A stretch of 64,000 nucleotides of DNA from Camelus dromedarius (taxonomy: Eukaryota): positions 15,562,001 to 15,626,000 of the forward strand of contig NC_087443.1 of NCBI RefSeq assembly GCF_036321535.1. The letters are read 5' to 3'. The notes beneath the pieces are model-generated. The model was given only the letters and a program-made list of their open reading frames with translations, searched no databases and was not told the DNA's origin. The position numbers and the translations under genes are program-made. Positions 60,225-64,000 of this stretch are shown here, piece after piece (position 1 is the stretch's first letter; each line of letters starts with the position of its first letter).

Positions 60225-60800
60225 AATTAAACACAGAATTACCAACTGATCCAGCAATTCCACTTGTACAGCTAAATTTCCAAAAGAATTGTAACCAGGG
60301 TCCATGTTCACAGTAGCATTATTCTCAACAGCCTAAAGGGGGCAAACAGCATGTGTCCATCTGCCAATGAATGGTGGAATCATGTGTGGTGAACTCATAT
60401 AGTGGAATATTATTCTACCTTGAAAAGGAATTCAGTTCTAAACTTAGGTTTAGCAGCGGGTAATGTGGGTGGGAAGGTATAAGCTGGGTATTTAAATTTG
60501 CTCCTCTTGGGGAGTGATGGAAATGTTAGCTTTCTTGATTGTGGTGATGGTGTCATTGGTGTATACAACTATCAAAATTCATCAAATTGTACATCTGAAG
60601 TAAGCGTCATTTACTGTTCAGGAATCTACCACAATAAAGGTGTTAAAAAAAAAAAAAAGAAAAAAATTAACATAATGGGAATGCAAAAAGGAAACATAGG
60701 AATTAAGTTCTGATACCTCCTACAACATGGGTGAATCTTGAAGAAGTGCACTAAGCAAAGTATGCCAGACTTTGGAAAGGAAAAATATTGCAAGATTCTG
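60225..60800 (+). mobile_element. Old L1M 3' fragments
   Basis: aattaaacacagaattaccaactgatccagcaattccactt...atgttcacagtagcattatt...tggggagtgatggaaatgtt...cttgattgtggtgatggt...gtatacaactatcaaaattcatcaaattgtaca. Confidence 0.75.
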
Positions 60801-60811
60801 TTGCTGATGGA

Positions 60812-61441
60812 TGTAACTGGTGTTCCAGTTTCTTGTCCTGTCCCAGAAAGAATTCAGAGGCAAGACACTGTGGTTAAAAAAGTCAAGTGAGAATTTTTTA
60901 AAGGATGGATAGTACACTCCCAGGGGAAGAGCAGGCAGCCTCAGGTGAGGGGCTGCCCTGAGTTTCTTTGGCAAGTTGGTTCCATAGGGTGTAAAAATAA
61001 ATGGTTTGTGTATTATTTAGGGAGGGAAGGATCTGGGGTTATATTCCTTGATTTTTCAATCCCAACTCCACCTCCCCAAATGGAGGAGGGATTTTTGTCC
61101 TTATTTAGTCTGGATGGGAAGTGTCATGGTGTTGGCCAGTGGTGAGTTCTTCTAATCTGCAAGTCTAGTTTTATTGAAATGAGGGCATAATGTGCAAAAG
61201 GTTACATTCGGACACTGGAAATTCCTGCCTTTTCCCACCTTTCTTTGTTGCTTATCACCCCCAAAGTTGTGACCACTTATCAGCCCAGAGGTTCCTGCTT
61301 TTCTTTCTCTGCCCAGGGACCCCTGGTGCTTATATGATGTATGGTTTCCTGCATCTGGCCTGTGGCCCTCCTTTCTGTCCAAATCTGCCATTATTTCTGT
61401 GTCTTTCTCTGCTCTTATCCAGCTATCTGCCTGCTTTAACA
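60812..61441 (-). mobile_element. Probable ERV1-class solo LTR
   Basis: Bounded by TGTAAC... and ...TTAACA; ctctgaattctttctgggacaggacaagaaactggaacaccagttaca on the minus strand resembles an LTR U5 end. I could not confirm a TSD. Confidence 0.5.
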
Positions 61442-62399
61442 TCACTGCAGGACTTCTCACCAGCCTGAGCATTGGCAGGGAAGGAGCAGGTGGCTAGATC
61501 CCCCAGGACTCCCAGCCAGGCCTGTGATCACTGTGCTACAGAAGGTGGCACAGTCCTTGCCATGTGCCCAGGGTGGGGATTGGGAGGGGCTTCTGGTACT
61601 TTTAATACCCAAGTATTCTCCAGAGCAGTGTTTTTTCCCCACAGCCCTGTCCAGGCCATGAGTTTGGGGCCACACACAGGTTGGGATGGGAGGTGAGGGG
61701 CTGACCACAGGTAGTGTTGCTCAAGATGGGCCAGTAGCCCCGCCATCCACATTCCACAGTGGGGCCAGAGCAGGCTTTGTGTGCATCTTAATAAACTGTA
61801 ACAGGCAGCAGCTCCTAACCTGTGTCCATCGTTGCCCTGACCCACAGGCGAGCCACACCCAGGCAGGCCCTGTGTAGCTAGGGATCCCCCACCCCACTGA
61901 TATGAGCCTGGTGCCCAGAGCAGAGTTCCTGGATGTAGGCGGGCCTGGGTGATCTGCCCTTGTCCGGCCAGATGGGGAATCTTGTGCCTGCAGATTTTAG
62001 CTGGAAAACCTCAATGAGATGAGCTCCAAGCAGTGGCAAAGAAGAGTCTTGAGCCTCCCTGACCCACCCCCACTTCTGTGGCCTCCTCACCCAGCCTCAA
62101 GGCCTCCCTCTCCCTCAGGGATGTCCTCACCAATAGGAGTTCAGCTCCATCTTTCCTGTTACCTTTTTGTTCCTGGGAACTTTGCCTATTAAGTGTGACT
62201 CTCATAGATTTTGCGAATAAAGTAGGCTGTCAGGAACGGAGCTGTTGTCACAGGGCCCAGAATTAGAGAAATGGTTAAACTGCACCAAACCACCTCAAAG
62301 AAAGGGGTGGGACTTCCTGAGGACAAGACTGATGGGGAGTGTGAGGGCTGTGGGTCTAGGGGTTCAGGTTGGGGATGGGGTCTGGGAGAAAACAGCATG

Positions 62400-62760
62400 C
62401 TTCCTTCATGTGTCTGTGTCACACTCTGGTAATTCTCACAATATTTCATACTATTTCTTACTTTTTCACTTGTTATGATAATTTGTGATCAGTGATCCCT
62501 GATGTTACCATTACAAAAAGATTGCAAGTTGCTGAATGCTCATATGATGGTTAGCATTTTTTAGAAATAGAGTATCTTTTTAATTAAGGCAAGTACTTTT
62601 TTTAGACATAAAACTATGGCACACTTTATAAATTATGGTGTAATTATAACTTCTTATATGACTGGAAAACCAAAAAAATTATGACCCATTTTACTGTGAT
62701 ATTTACTTTATTGCAGTGGTCCAAAACGAAGCCCACAGTGACTCTGAGGTGTGCCTGTAA
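62400..62760 (+). mobile_element. Tigger1 (TcMar) 3' end
   Basis: gatggttagcattttttag.aata.agtat.ttttaattaagg...ttagacataa..ctat.gcacacttt...ggaaaaccaaaaaaatt...gatatttactttattgcagtggtc...gaggtgtgcctgta. Confidence 0.8.
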
Positions 62761-63079
62761 CAGTCTTGTTGTTTAGCCCTCTAAGTCCTGTAGACTGACT
62801 TTGCCATTTTCAGATTGACTTAGCTGTTGGTGGTCACTGAATCTGCATATACTATTTACATTCAGACTTGCTAATTTCCAACAACAAAACCAGCTGTTGG
62901 ATGGTGATTAGGGGAGCACTGAATCAACCAATCTGGGAAGAAACCAGACTTCAAAGTCATCAAAAGTCCTTTTTGTCTTTTAACTTCTCAATTTTGTGAT
63001 GCAGTTTTTAGATTTCTTTCTTTTTCTTTTCTTTTCTTTTTTTTTTAAGTTTTTAGATTTCTGGTACTGTTTTAGGCCT

Positions 63080-64000
63080 GTTATAAATTTAACAGCAATG
63101 TAACACAGTATTTAAAATGCACATATTTGAATTGTACAACTTGATACAATTTAACAAATATACCTGTGTAACCATCACAATGCAGTGACTTGAAAATAAT
63201 TATTTTTGTTTTCTTTTACCCAATTTTGTCAGGTGGGAGGGTAAGTCTGGCCCCATGCTACCCAATCCAGAAAGGGTACAATTGTCCTGGTATCACTTAA
63301 TTTTTCTATTTGTTGATTATACACAAAAATATGATTTTTATATAGTCAGGTTGCTAAATTAACTTATTTCTAATATCTCTTCCATAGAATTTTTTGACTG
63401 TTTGATGAATACAATGATATCACTTGAAAATGAGTTTTATTTCAATCTTAAATGTTTTTACACCTTTTCTAAAAATCTTTTTGGCCTTACTGATCTGACC
63501 AAGCTAGAGCTTTCAGTCCAATGTTGAATAGAAGTGGCAGTAACAAGCCTTCTTCTCTCATTATTAATATCAGGAAGAAACAGTCCAGTATTTATCTTAG
63601 TATGATTTTTATTTTGTTTGTTTTGTTTTTAATGAAGTTTCCTTTCATTCCTAGTTTAGTTTTTTTTTTTTTCTGATCATGAAGGTGTGTGAAGTTTTTT
63701 CAAATGTTTTCTGCATCTACTGAGATACTAACAAGGCTTCACTTGTCTTTTTCTACTAATGTGTTAGGCTACATCAATTAACTTAAATGTTTACATATTT
63801 ATTTTGAAATGACTTCAGAATTTAAGTCACAGGCAGTGTACAGAAAACTCACTTTTCCCCAACTGTGCACTGCATTTCCTCCATGTCCCTCACACACTTG
63901 CTTGCACTCCTACCTCTACACTCACTCACACACTTTCCTCTTTCTCTAAAGCATTTGAAAACAACCTGCAGACATGAGACTCTATTTCTGCTAAATATTG
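63080..64000 (-). mobile_element. Old antisense L1M fragments
   Basis: agctttcagtccaatgttgaatagaagtggcagtaacaagccttctt...aagtttcctttcattcctagttt and ttgaattgtacaacttgat...cctgtgtaaccatcac are typical of antisense L1ME/MC. Confidence 0.65.

Noticed and set aside
57954-62478. Short ORFs in the right flank
   Set aside because: They overlap decayed L1, L2, LTR and Tigger sequence, show no homology, and have no coherent exon chain.

Overview
Mammalian genomic DNA; the L1 3'-end sequences suggest a camelid or another cetartiodactyl (inference). Bases 1-~56,660 are the right-hand end of a tandem macrosatellite with a ~11.83-kb unit: about 4.8 near-identical copies starting at 1, 11828, 23653, 35483 and 47317, and continuing past the left edge of the window. 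Each unit contains (i) a G-rich CpG island built from a degenerate ~36-bp repeat, (ii) an intronless DNLZ (HEP1/Zim17 zinc finger) retrocopy on + with a disabled N-terminus, and (iii) an 8-coding-exon RALGDS-derived gene on - that I reconstructed by hand from splice sites. That gene encodes a 298-aa protein: a basic N-terminal exon with no RALGDS similarity I can see, the REM (RasGEF_N) domain, a Pro/Ala/Glu linker, and a short tail with its own poly(A) signal. It has no CDC25 catalytic or RA domain. Copies 1-3 are intact, copy 4 has lost its ATG (ATA), and the terminal copy 5 has a nonsense codon and a destroyed splice donor. At ~56,660 the array switches abruptly to an old, roughly 70%-identical paralogous 5' flank, then to ordinary CpG-poor DNA rich in decayed transposons (L1, L2, MER5, LTR, Tigger1). 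Nearly all ORFs in the six-frame track are spurious or single-exon fragments. No bacterial-type systems, tRNA/rRNA genes or CRISPR arrays are supported.
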